64,000 nt of DNA. Origin: Bugula neritina. Lineage: Eukaryota; Animalia; Bryozoa. Position numbers and translations under genes: made by a program. Numbering within the stretch: the first letter of the stretch is position 1; the number at the start of each line of letters is the position of its first letter. This document shows positions 12,696 through 25,400 of the stretch, piece by piece. The notes beneath the pieces were generated by a model that was given only the letters and a program-made list of their open reading frames with translations, did no database searches and was not told the origin of the DNA. The DNA is taken from NCBI GenBank assembly GCA_964035545.1, contig OZ037767.1, positions 31,946,628 through 32,010,627 of the forward strand, given 5' to 3'.

Positions 12696-15600
12696 ATGAA
12701 TATGGCTGATTTTCTGCTGAAGCTGGTTTTAACCACTTTCCTAATTTTAAATATCACCAATTTTATTGATGGAAGAAGCCGCAGTTCTAAAAGCGAAATT
12801 AGAAAAGGTGAAAATTTACTAGTTATCAGTTTAGATGGATTTCGCTATGATTTCCTTGACATTGCGGGGACAACAACTCTAAACAAACTTGCGTCAAGAG
12901 GTGTGCGAGCTAAAAGCCTGACTAGCTCGTATGTCACTAAAACCTTTCCTAATCACTACAGCATTGCCACAGGGCTATATGAAGAGTCGCATGGAATTGT
13001 CACCAATACGATGTGGGACCCGCTTTGGGAAGAGCTGTTTTTTAGTTGTACTGATCCAGAGTGTGGTAAATGGTACGGAGGGGAGCCCATATGGAACTCA
13101 AACGAGCTGGCCAATCAGAGAACACCTGGTAGCAGCAGACAGAGGAGAGGGTCGGGAGTCGTCTACTGGCCGGGGGCATCTGCAGAGATAAATAACATGA
13201 ATATAACCTTCTCAGAGAAGTATGTGGATCCCTACTCTAATGACTCGTCATACTTGAACTTGCGCCAAAGGTTCGACAAAGCAATATCTTGGTTCACAGA
13301 TAAGGAGACGCCAGTTAATCTAGCCATGGTGTATTATGAGTTTCCAGACAAGTTGTGCCATATTTATGGCCCCGAGAGTGCCGAGGTATTGTATCTAGTT
13401 CACACGAGCACATTCCATACTGCTAAATGATTTGGTATCAACTACAGACATGTTTTTCCACTTCTCTCTTCTGTTTACTGTTAAACCTGGTTAATGTTTT
13501 CACAGGTTAATAACAGCGTGCAGCAGATTGACACTGACTTCCGGTATCTCTTGGATCGCCTGCACCAGAATGACCTCTACGACACAACAAATATGCTCAT
13601 AGTCAGTGATCACGGTTTTGCAGACATCAATGGTCAAGTGTACTTAGATGACTGTATTAAAAACATTTCTGAGTATATTGTTATCAACAACTCGCCTATA
13701 GTTGGCATCTGGCCAACTAATGAGGGTACGTCACCACGTAGACCCTTCTTCAGTTTCCTCATGTTATATCTGTACTGTGTGTTTGTAGAACAATAGCTTG
13801 AATTTGCAACCTGCTGCAAAGTAACATCCTTGCTTAGACTTCTTAAACTGGCTGTAACTGATGTCTTAGTTTTCACTTGAACTCTATAACAGAAGGTGTT
13901 TTGTGCTACTGGGTAGATTTATACAGGTATAAAGACTACTCTCTGTACACAACTTGTAAGTAATGTCAGTCATCTGATGAATGTGATGTATTTTTATCCC
14001 TTTATAAGGAAGCGACACGGAGTATCTGATCAGGACGCTGGAGGAATGTGGAGACTACGTGGTACATCGTAACCCCAGTCCCCAGCTCCAGCAGTATCAC
14101 TACAGCTCTAACAGGAGAATTGCCCCCATCCTTCTATCCACCCCTTTCTCCCCTGAGGGCTCTTCTGCTAAACTAATCATCACAAGTCGGGCTGCAAACT
14201 GGACCAACAGTGAGTGTTACCCATAATGCCTTGCACCAGCTGCACTTCTCTCAGCCTACGCTGTGTGTAGAGGCTGTGTAGAGACGACCTATTAGTTAGT
14301 GAACTCACTCACTAAGCAGATCAGTTAGTGAGTTCATGAAGCAGATCAGGTAGTGAGTTCATGAAGCACTGGCATCCTTGTACTATACAATAAATCAGAA
14401 TTGATCTTATAAAACTGTACATCTTTCAAAAACTAAACTAAGTTTGAGATGATTTGTTATTAGGCTTGTCCCTTGTTGTATTTACTTCTGCAAGTTGATC
14501 TGAATAGACTGCTGCAGTAGAAGAGTTCTACTATTCAACTCCAGTTGTATTCATCTCAACTTGTATTCAACTCCAGTTGTATTCAGAGTGTAACAAAACA
14601 TAATTTAAGATTCAATTATCAATTACTAATTAAGTGAAACTATGTAAACTCTAATTGTTCACATTTATTAATGGAATTAATTTTGACTATTGATTTTTTG
14701 TTTCCACAACAACGAGTATGATGGTCTATTTTAAATCATAATTTATTTATCTCACTATGTACACTGCAACTATGAACTGTGGCTATTTATAGTGTAACTC
14801 TGTACTGTGATTATTTATAGTGTAACTCTGCTTTGTGACTTCATAGTGTAACTCTGTACTGTGACTATTCCCAGTGTGCTGTGACTTCATGTATTTGTAC
14901 TATTATCTTGCTTTGAATTTTGAACTTTTATAACCAGCCATGCTAAAATTACTTTCTTACTATAACAACATGGTAACCTGGTTTTCCCACAGAGGGCTCT
15001 CATGGATGGAACAACTCCTGGGACAGAATGCACGCCTTATTCATAGCTCATGGGCCGGCTTTTCACACGGGGATGATTCACCAATCTTTTGTCAATGTGA
15101 ATATTTATCCGCTGATGTGTGCCTTGCTCGCCATTTCCTGTCCACCATCTAACGGCTCAATAGATGCTGTCAAAGACATGCTGCGGACCAAGCTGCCTGT
15201 TGATGAGAGTGCTGTCTTCTGCATAAAAGTATGGGGATGTAAGTAAGAGCGGGTAATAGCTACAGGTACTTGTATCTAGGTAATAGTTACAAGTACTTGT
15301 ATCTAGGTAATAGTTACAAGTACTTGTATCTAGGTAATAGTTACAAGTACTTGTATCTAGGTAATAGTTAATAGTACTTGTATCTAGGTAATAGTTACAA
15401 GTACTTGTATCTAGGTAATAGTTACAAGTACTTGTATCTAGGTAATAGTTACAAGTACTTGTATCTAGGTAATAGTTACAAGTACTTGCAGCAGAATGAT
15501 TGTCCTGATTTGAGTTGAATGTGGATTACACTTTCATATAACATCTGTATGTTGTATCGTGTATTTTACTGCAGATTACAGTGACACATAATAGATACAC

Positions 15601-15865
15601 GACACATATTTCTGTTGTAGTTTACATCTTAATAGTGTGTGCTGTAGTGGTTGCAGCCGTGCTCAGTTATCTCTCAGCTCATAGCTTCAAGTCTTACATA
15701 AGTGATCGCTTGAAGGGTGAGAATAGCAAGAATACCAAGTACGATACAGAGTACAATGTCAAGTACGATACAGAGCACCACGTCAAGTACGATACAGAGT
15801 ACCACGTCAAGTACGATACAGAGTACCACGTCAAGTACGATACAAAGCACAAGGTTAATGTGTAG
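12696..15865 (+). CDS. Ectonucleotide pyrophosphatase/phosphodiesterase, ENPP4/ENPP5-like, type I membrane protein
   Basis: Signal peptide and motifs ISLDGFRYD, TKTFPNHYSIATGLYEESHGI, VSDHG, HYSSNRRIAPI, GSHGW, MHALFIAHGPAF; C-terminal TM helix. Exons 12696-13385, 13506-13725, 14009-14209, 14993-15238, 15621-15865. Confidence 0.92.
15253..15488. repeat. 27-bp intronic minisatellite (GGTAATAGTTACAAGTACTTGTATCTA), about 8 copies
   Basis: Starts about 14 nt after the donor at 15239. Confidence 0.93.
15735..15851 (+). repeat. Coding 24-bp repeat encoding about 5 x KYDTEYHV in the ENPP cytoplasmic tail
   Basis: Unit CAAGTACGATACAGAGTACCACGT lies in frame downstream of the TM helix. Confidence 0.88.
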
Positions 15866-16377
15866 CTGCAACATTCACTGCAAATGTCCGCCTTACAAAT
15901 TACAGGACAGTCCGGTACATTCTGAGATATTCTACTATGAGGATATTCAAACATGTTTTGAGTTATAGTTTGGGAAAATCCAAGTATTGTATGTCAACAT
16001 TCAAGAATATTCCTGGATCTCAGATTCTTTATCTTTATCTTTTTCTATTGGCTGATACTTTCTCATCTCATTTTCTATTGGCTGATACTTTCTCATCTCT
16101 TTTTCTATTGGCTGATACTTTCTCATCTCTTCTTCTTTTGGTGGATATTTTTTATGTTTTAGTTTATTGGCTGATATTTAGGGTATTGAGAAATTTGTAT
16201 GTTTTGCTTTAGGTGGCTTCATACCTCTGTGTATTACTACACTATCCTCTTCAGCCTTGGTACAATGTGTTACTCCTCCATTGCAATTGCAATGAACTAC
16301 AAAATGCTACTTTTTGTTTTGCAAGACAGCCAATATTTATGCTGACTGTACCTGCGTGGAGGATGTATTACCTGTGA

Positions 16378-16608
16378 GTCTAGTGTACGGGTCTAGTGTA
16401 CGGGTCTAGTGTACGGGTCTAGTGTACGGGTCTAGTGTACGGGTCTAGTGTACGGGTCTAGTGTACGGGTCTAGTGTACGGGTCTAGTGTACGGGTCTAG
16501 TGTACGGGTCTAGTGTACGGGTCTAGTGTACCGGTCTAGTGTACCGGTCTAGTGTACGGGTCTAATGTACGGGTCTAGTGTACGGGTCTAGTGTACGGGT
16601 CTAGTGTA
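16378..16608. repeat. 13-bp tandem repeat (CTAGTGTACGGGT), about 17 copies, probably in the ENPP 3' UTR
   Basis: Directly visible; AATAAA follows at about 16712. Confidence 0.92.
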
Positions 16609-17379
16609 TGTATATTGCTTATGTTAAGTGTACTATACTGTTGTTGTGCTTATTCCTCATGATACAAGTAATGTTATAGTCTATATTCTACACCTTAAGA
16701 TCTGATGGTACAATAAAAGCTCATTCCAGTAAAATTCCTGGCCATGACTGTCAGCATGTTCACACTTGACTCACAACATACTAAATCAGCTGCCTAGTCA
16801 CGCTGCCTGCTTCATGTTGCTACTTCATGCTAGTAGTTGACTCTAGCTATACCCAGGGTTCCTACTCTACTACTAGCAGATAGCGGCTTCCATTGGACAC
16901 ACTTTAGAGATAACATCATGCACTGCAGTTCCATTATTATACTTTAGTCGACAGTTTATATACAGTAGTTTTAATATATCTAGTTGTTAAAAAGATAGTA
17001 TTTATAATGAGATTGTCACTTGAGTAGTTATACAGTAGGTTTAGGTGTTATAAAGTGTAAATAGACAGTGTTGCATTTTTGCAAACAATCTAATTACTCA
17101 ATTGACAGAGAAACTTTCTGATAACTTTGGTTATCATCAGCTTGTGGCCCTTGCAGTGCTGTATAACTTGTATGAAATACCATGTCACGTGAATTGTGTA
17201 TAGTGTAGTTGTTCTCTGGTGTCAAACAACCAGCTAACTTGAAAAATTATGCATTGTATACGCGTAACCAAAATAAAAAGATTAATGCACCCAATAATCA
17301 TTAATTATTAAAATAGTTGCAGCTGCTTATAGAAGGCAAGAACACGCGTTAGTAGTTTTCTTCTCTTACCAAGCATTAA

Positions 17380-17640
17380 CCAAAAACGGCTCCCAATCGC
17401 GTTAGGCGCAGTCACGTGATTTTAAACCTGAGAGTTCATGTTTACAAGTTGTCAAGCGTGATGGAAATCAGAATGAACTAGAAAGTAGAAAGTATTTAAA
17501 TTTCAAAACCACATTATCACACGTTTTTGAGTGCAAGATCAACCTGTTAAAACTGTTCTATTTAGCCTTTTTATTTTATTGGATAGAAAGACTTCTAACT
17601 GAATTTTTGTTATCAACGGAAGTGGCGCGAATTCGTAATC
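17380..17640 (+). promoter_or_regulatory. Candidate CEP104 promoter region
   Basis: Local CpG enrichment, CCAAT at about 17393, E-box GTCACGTGA at about 17411, ETS-like CGGAAGTG at about 17617 followed by a possible donor. Confidence 0.4.
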
Positions 17641-18693
17641 TATATCATAATTTAATAATTAAGATTTAGTTTTACTTTGATTTAATTTTAGTTAAACTTA
17701 GTGATTTACAGTTTGGGTTTCAGTCACTCTCACAATGTGAGTGCCAATATGGCTTACCTCTGAATATTGTTACCAGTAATCATGTTCATTATCATTAATG
17801 ATTGATGCTCAACTAACTAATAGCTATTAAACCAAGTCTAATATTTATACTAATAGTAATAACTATTACATTTACTATTAGTATTACTATTAGTATTACT
17901 TAACTATAAGTATAAGTATAAGACGAAATAACTATAAAATATAATCATAATGATAATGAGTATGACTGTTCAAATTGAAATTCAAATTGCGTTGCAGCCA
18001 CTTGCCCTTGATTCAAGTTATTACTATATTAGTAAATATATATACATATAAATGAAATTGAATCACATTGACATAGGAAATGTTAAGGTAGTTGGCTCTA
18101 ACTCTAAGATAGAAAGCGAGCTGGACTTTGTTTGAATTAAAATTTGCTTAAGCTTGATAGCTATTAGTATTAACCTTGAGGTTTTTCATAACTCACCCTA
18201 AGACTAAATCAATCACTGTGACTGACACTATCTCTAAGTCTAACTCAGTGCCACAGTCAGCAGAACCTTAAACTTGAAATTATAACTAAATTTATCATTT
18301 TTTTTGTAATTATGATTAAACTAAAACTAAATATCAGTATGCCAATATACTTTATGATATAGCTTTACATCCATGTTAACGATGAATCTTTGTGATTACA
18401 TTTGACTTCAGTTTGAATGTCTACTCCTTGTGGCAGGAATGTTAATTATGAACTACTGCAATCCTTCTACATGACACTCAGCTTTTTCTCCTGGAGTATA
18501 AAAGTTGCCTATAACTGCAGAATCTGTAGTTTTAGGAATCTTTCACATTTTATTGCTCAAACAATCCTGTGTAAAAGTTCCTAACAGTCAAATGATTTTT
18601 CTGGAATAATTATTCTCAGAACTTGTAGCCTATATTTATAAAGTTTAAAATGTTATGAAATATCCATAACCTGCTTAGCAATAATCTTCAACA

Positions 18694-19396
18694 TGCTATA
18701 GTCTGTGTCTCAGTATGCTATAGTCTGTGTCTCAGTATGCTATAGTCTGTGTCTCAGTATGCTATACTCTGAGTGTGTCTCAGTATGCTATACTCTGAGA
18801 GTGTCTCAGTATGCTATAGTCTTAGTGTGTCTCAGTATGCTATAGTCTGTGTCTCAGTATGCTATACTCTGAGTGTGTCTCAGTATGCTATAGTCTTAGT
18901 GTGTCTCAGTATGCTATAGTCTATGTCTCAGTATGCTATAGTCTGTGTCTCAGTATGCTATAGTCTGTGTCTCAGTATGCTATAGTCTGAGTATCAGTGT
19001 GCTATAGTCTTAGTGTGTCTCAGTATGCTATAGTCTGTGTCTCAGTATGCTATAGTCTGTGTCTCAGTATGCTATAGTCTAATTGTGTCTCAATATGCTA
19101 TAGTCTGTGTCTCAGTATGCTATAGTCTTAGTGTGTCTCAGTATGCTATAGTCTAATTGTGTCTCAATATGCTATAGTCTGTGTCTCAGTATGCTATAGT
19201 CTTAGTGTGTCTCAGTATGCTATAGTCTATGTCTCAGTATGCTATAGTCTGTGTCTCAGTATGCTATAGTCTGTGTCTCAGTATGCTATAGTCTGAGTAT
19301 CAGTGTGCTATAGTCTTAGTGTGTCTCAGTATGCTATAGTCTGTGTCTCAGTATGCTATAGTCTGTGTCTCAGTATGCTATAGTCTGAGTATGTCT
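18694..19396. repeat. 20/24-bp minisatellite (ATGCTATAGTCTGTGTCTCAGT family) ending just before the CEP104 acceptor and ATG
   Basis: Directly visible, with internal higher-order duplication. Confidence 0.93.
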
Positions 19397-19425
19397 CTTT
19401 AGTCTGACTTTGTAGCTGTAAGAAA

Positions 19426-22400
19426 ATGCCTGAAAAAGTAGCTTTTCATGTGGTACATGCTTCTGGTCAAGATGAGAACTTCAGGGCAGCCGAGTTGAAC
19501 ACTCACAGTCCGCTGACGCGGGGCTGGTCGTCTTCCAGGTGAGCTTTCTGATGTCTGTCTAATAATATATTAATAGAATGGTAATATAATATAATAATAT
19601 GATGATGATATAATATACTGATAAAATAGTAATATAATATACTAATAGAATGGTAATATAATATACTGATAGAATAGTAATATAATATACTAATAGAATG
19701 GTAATATAATACACTGATAGAATAGTAATATAGTATACTGATAGAATAGTAATATAATATACTGATAGAATAGTAATATAATATACTAATAGAATGGTTA
19801 CAGGTTTTGTCTGTATCCCCAAGATATTGTCATCCAGCTGGAGAAAAGATGCCGGCTCAGGAAAATCCAAGTTTTGTCACATCAATATCTAATAGGTAGG
19901 AGATCACCTCTGGTATTAGTAGATGTTACGTATATTGTATGAGTATATATTACACGTATTAGTAGATGTTACGTATATTGTGTGAGTATATATTACACGT
20001 ATTAATAGAGGTTACGTATATTGTATGAGTATATATTACACGTATTAATAGAGGTTACGTATATTGTATGAGTATATATTACACGTAGTAATAGATGTTG
20101 CCTATATTGTATGAAATTATAGCCAGTAGAGTGGAGTTTTTTGTTGGAGACATTCCCCCTGACATCCCGGTAAATCTCCAGAACTCCCGCTACACCAGGC
20201 TAGGGTAAGTTCCATTTCCTGTTTCCTGTCTAGTACAGCTACTACTCTCAGTCTATGGCCTGAGAAACTGTCATCAGCTCAAAGAAAGTTTATTATACAG
20301 AGTATTGAATACTGGCAACCGGTACTGATGCTATTTGTGTACGGTAGATACGTGGCGCTCTCCAGCAATGAACAGACGGATTACAAAGCCCGGGAACTCA
20401 AATCTGTGCATGTGGATGCTGTGGGCATTTACTTGAAGCTCGTCATACATAAGAATCATGTGAACAAATGTAACCTGTACAACCAGGTAAGGTATAGTAT
20501 ACTGAGAGAGTAAGGTATAGTATACTGAGAGAGTAAGGTATAGTATACTGAGAGAGTGAGGTATAGTATACTGAGAGAGTAAGGTATAGTATACTGAGAG
20601 AGTAAGGTATAGTATACTGAGAGAGTAAGGTATAGTATACTGAGAGAGTGAGGTATAGTATACTGAGAGAGTAAGGTGTAGTATACTGAGAGAGTAAGGT
20701 ATAGTATACTGAGAGAGTAAGGTATAGTATACTGAGAGAGTAAGGTATAGTATACTGAGAGAGTAAGGTATAGTATACTGAGAGAGTAAGGTATAGTATA
20801 CTGAGAGAGTAAGGTATAGTATACTGAGAGAGTAAGGTATAGTATACTGAGAGAGTGAGGTATAGTATACTGAGAGAGTAAGGTACAGTATACTGAGAGA
20901 GTAAGGTACAGTATACTGAGAGAGTAAGGTATAGTATACTGAGAGAGTAAGGTATAGTATACTGAGAGAGTAAGGTACAGTATACTGAGAGAGTAAGGTA
21001 CAGTATACTGAGAGAGTAAGGTACAGTATACTGAGAGAGTAAGGTATAGTATACTGAGAGAGTAAGGTATAGTATACTGAGAGAGTGAGGTATAGTATAC
21101 TGAGAGAGTAAGGTATAGTATACTGAGAGAGTAAGGTATAGTATACTGAGAGAGTAAGGTATAGTATACTGAGAGAGTAAGGTATAGTATACTGAGAGAG
21201 TAAGGTATAGTATACTGAGAGAGTAAGGTATAGTATACTGAGAGAGTAAGGTATAGTATACTGAGAGAGTAAGGTATAGTATACTGAGAGAGTAAGGTAT
21301 AGTATACTGAGAGAGTAAGGTATAGTATACTGAGAGAGTAAGGTATAGTATACTGAGAGAGTAAGGTATAGTATACTGAGAGAGTAAGGTATAGTATACT
21401 GAGAGAGTAAGGTATAGTATACTGAGAGAGTAAGGTATAGTATACTGAGAGAGTAAGGTATAGTATACTGAGAGAGTAAGGTATAGTATACTGAGAGAGT
21501 AAGGTATAGTATACTGAGAGAGTAAGGTATAGTATACTGAGAGAGTAAGGTATAGTATACTGAGAGAGTAAGGTATAGTATACTGAGAGAGTAAGGTATA
21601 GTATACTGAGAGAGTAAGATATAGTATACTGAGAGAGTAAGGTATAGTATACTGAGAGAGTAAGGTATAGTATACTGAGAGAGTAAGGTATAGTATACTG
21701 AGAGAGTAAGGTATAGTATACTGAGAGAGTAAGGTATAGTATACTGAGAGAGTAAGGTATAGTATACTGAGAGAGTAAGGTATAGTATACTGAGAGAGTA
21801 AGGTATAGTATACTGAGAGAGTAAGGTATAGTATACTGAGAGAGTAAGGTATAGTATACTGAGAGAGTAAGGTATAGTATACTGAGAGAGTAAGGTGGAG
21901 TATACTGAGAGAGTAAGGTATAGTATACTGAGAGAGTAAGGTATAGTATACTGAGAGAGTAAATGCACACAGCTGCTATTTGTTGATCCACTCAATTGAA
22001 ACGTATTGATTTATGAAAGTATATATTTTGTAGGTTGGGGTGATAGCAATCAACGTAATTGGTGATGATTTAAACAAGATAAACCAGGTGAGTGACTCCA
22101 ACATCTACAGTGCTGTGAAAAAGTTTAAGGACGCCTCCCTGTTTTCCATAATAGCAATGTTCCAAGCTAATTTTAAGACATAACAAATGCATTTCCATAG
22201 GCATGATGCCTATCAAACTGATCCTTAAGATCTCCTTATCTCATTTATATAAATCAGTACTGTCTCTTTTCACTTTCTTCCAAAATATCGGTGAAATAAT
22301 GAGATACTATGCATATATGGGAATCATTCAATGTTCTCCCAATTTGTGTGTACTGTAGGATATCAGAATATTTTACTTGAAACATAGAAAATTTTTTTAT

Positions 22401-25400
22401 GTGATTTGTTCTACACATTATAGCAGCATTGCAACACACAGTGCTTTAAATTTTAGTATCAATGTTTTGTTGGCCAGCCTTTATTCTCAATCACTAGTCG
22501 GCAGCGACGAGGCATCGACACGTACAGCTTCTCCAACTCGTTTTCAGTCACAACATGATGCTATGCATGAATTACAGGCTTTATGAGTGTCACCTTAGTT
22601 GTTGGCTTCTGTGAAGAGACTATTTTAGCCATTCTTGGCCATGAATTTTTATTGGGTTCAAGTCCCGGCTTTGGGCTGGCCAGTTAAGCGTTGAGACCCT
22701 CTGCTTTTTCATTCACTCTTTAACAGTTTTTGCCCAATGGCATGGTGCATTGTCATCTTCAAATATGTTAATTTTATTTAAAAAGAAATATTTTTATGAT
22801 TGGAAGAAGTTTAGCATTGAGATTCTCCATATATTTTTGGGCATTGACATCATTCCAGGGCAATTACTGAGTCGACCTACACTTTTTCATGTTATACAAC
22901 CCCAGAACACAACACTGATAGGGTGCTTAATTGTTTGAAGAATACATTAGGGGTTATATTTCTCATACTGGTATCTTCTAACAAAACAGTTTCCAGCATG
23001 ATTGTTCACATTAAATGTAGATTAATCTGAAATAATTACTTTTTTCTAATCATTCACTGTCTAACTACCACGCTCCTTGGCCTACTGTAGCCGGTTTTTT
23101 CGCTACTTCTCGGTTAGTAGAGGCTTCCTTCTTGCTTTGCAGACACATAGACCATGGCTCAGCAGTCTTCGCCTTATTAGCGATGTCGAAGCTGTTGTTA
23201 CTGTTGATTCTGATCATTCTTTGCCAACTCAGGACTTGTTTTATGGCAATCTTTCTTGCTGATCCTAATGAAAACCTTGTCATCTCCGAGTGCGCTTATT
23301 CTTGGTCGTCCACTTCCAGGTCGATCTGCTAGACTGCCAGTCTCCATGAACTTCTTGATAATTTGATGTACAGTTGTCTTTGTTTTGCCAACCTTTTCAG
23401 ATATTTTCCTAATTGAAAAACCTTCATTGTGCAAAAAAATTATTACAAACCTTGCTTTTGAAGTAAGATTTACAGCTCTCATTTTGTCTATGCGCAGCAC
23501 CTAAGTGGACACCATGTAAAAGCTTACAACTAAATGACAGATTTTAAATTATGAAGGAAAGTCATACTTTATAGTATCATGATGCCATGTACAGAGTAAA
23601 ATTTCACTGTTTAGCCTTTTGTGGTTATCAGAAGCTATAAACTTTGGAAACATAAAAACACAGGAGTTGCGCTTCCCTAGCTGCTTGTATAGTTAGCCCG
23701 AAAATAGGTAAAAAACATTTTAGCAGTAGGAATTTATAAGGTGGAAATTGTAGTGCACATTCTAAGGGTCCTTTTGGTATATAGAACTTGCAGGAAAATA
23801 CTAAGAACTTTCAAGAAATGCCTATTAAACAAGATACATAGAAATTTCTGCAAGCGTCCTTAAACTTTTTCACAGCACTGTATGTTGTCTTGTAGCTGTC
23901 AAATAGGTTACTCTACTCTTTCTCTTGCTTCAGCACAGCTCTAGAGTTGTCTCCTCTGATATACATGAGTTTGTTTATATTCTGTATTCAGGATGACGAC
24001 ACAGCTGTGAGCACACAAAAACCAGACTTTATCTCACCTCTAGACGACCTTGCCTTTGACATGTATCAAGATACTGAAGTTGCGCAAATCATACGAAAGT
24101 TAGAGAAGAAAAAACAAGATTCTGTTCTTGGTAAGAATCTGTCAGCCGTTTCTACTTACACATTCAGCTCTACTAGTAGTAGTATTACTCTAGTACCACT
24201 AGTAGTAGTATTACTCTAGTACTACTAGTAGTAGTATTACTCTAGTACCACTAGTAGTAGTATTACTCTAGTACTATTAGTAGTAGTATTACTCTAGTAC
24301 TACTCTTAGTAGTATTACTCTAGTATCACTAGTAGTAGTATTACTTTAGTACTACTGGTAGTACTATTGAACTCTATCCAATTGTTAAACATTTTAGGGG
24401 AGAAATATGACTTTGCAAAGAAACTGAAACAAGTAATAGTTGATCTGCAAAAGGTTTGTACAACTTTAAGCTCTCTGATGGTTTCCTTATTGTCTTCTCC
24501 TGTTTGAGAGGACAACTTTGAGCTGAGATGTAACTTGCTGATTGCAGGTGGGAGAGAAGTTAGGCAAGTATGAAGTGGATAAGAGACAGGCTGTAGAGAA
24601 AGAGGATTACGACAAAGCAAAGTTAAAGAAAGTACAGATGGAGGAGTATAGACTACAGATGTACAAGGCTTTGAATATACCTGCCTTGTTACAGGAGCAA
24701 AGTGTAAGTCATTGCATATGCTTGTTGCTAAGGTAAACATTTTTCAGTGGGGTTAATAAATGAAATACTCAATGCTGAACATGATTTCACTGTTTTTCAG
24801 CCGATAGCCAATCAGAGATCTCCCCGGATAGACCCGCCTCCAGCTCGACTGAAAGAGATTCCGAGTCCACCCGTACCGAAAGATTCCGTAAACCGGCCAA
24901 GTCAGCCGAGTCCCTTACCTGCCGTATCAAACAGGTGACTTGTTTACTACCTGATATATACCTGTTTATTCTACTCTACCTTATATACTACCTGTATACT
25001 CTACCTTATATACTTTACTCTATATATTCTGTATATTCTGTATACTCTGTACACTCTGTATACTCTGTGTACTCTGTATACTCTGTGTACTCTGCTCTGT
25101 TTGGATTGTATAACCAACTAACACACGGTGTGACTAACCAGCTTGTTGGTTTCATAATAAGACCATCTCTGGATTCCAGGGGGTCCCCTCAACAAAGCCC
25201 TAGAACCTATGCTGACGAGAGCTCAGCTTTAGGGAAGGTTCGCTTTGAAGACCCCAATGATGACAGGCCGTTGCCAACGCAGCAGTAAGTTCGTACTCAC
25301 ACCCGATTGGCTACTGCTCAGCTATGCCCCTACGTCTGATTGGCTAGTGCCACACAGCTTCTGATTGCTCTATAGCCTGTGTTTTGGTTTGCTGTCAACT

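Noticed and set aside
20331-21995. 554-aa and 511-aa minus-strand ORFs
   Set aside because: Antisense read-through of the 23-bp CEP104 intronic array.
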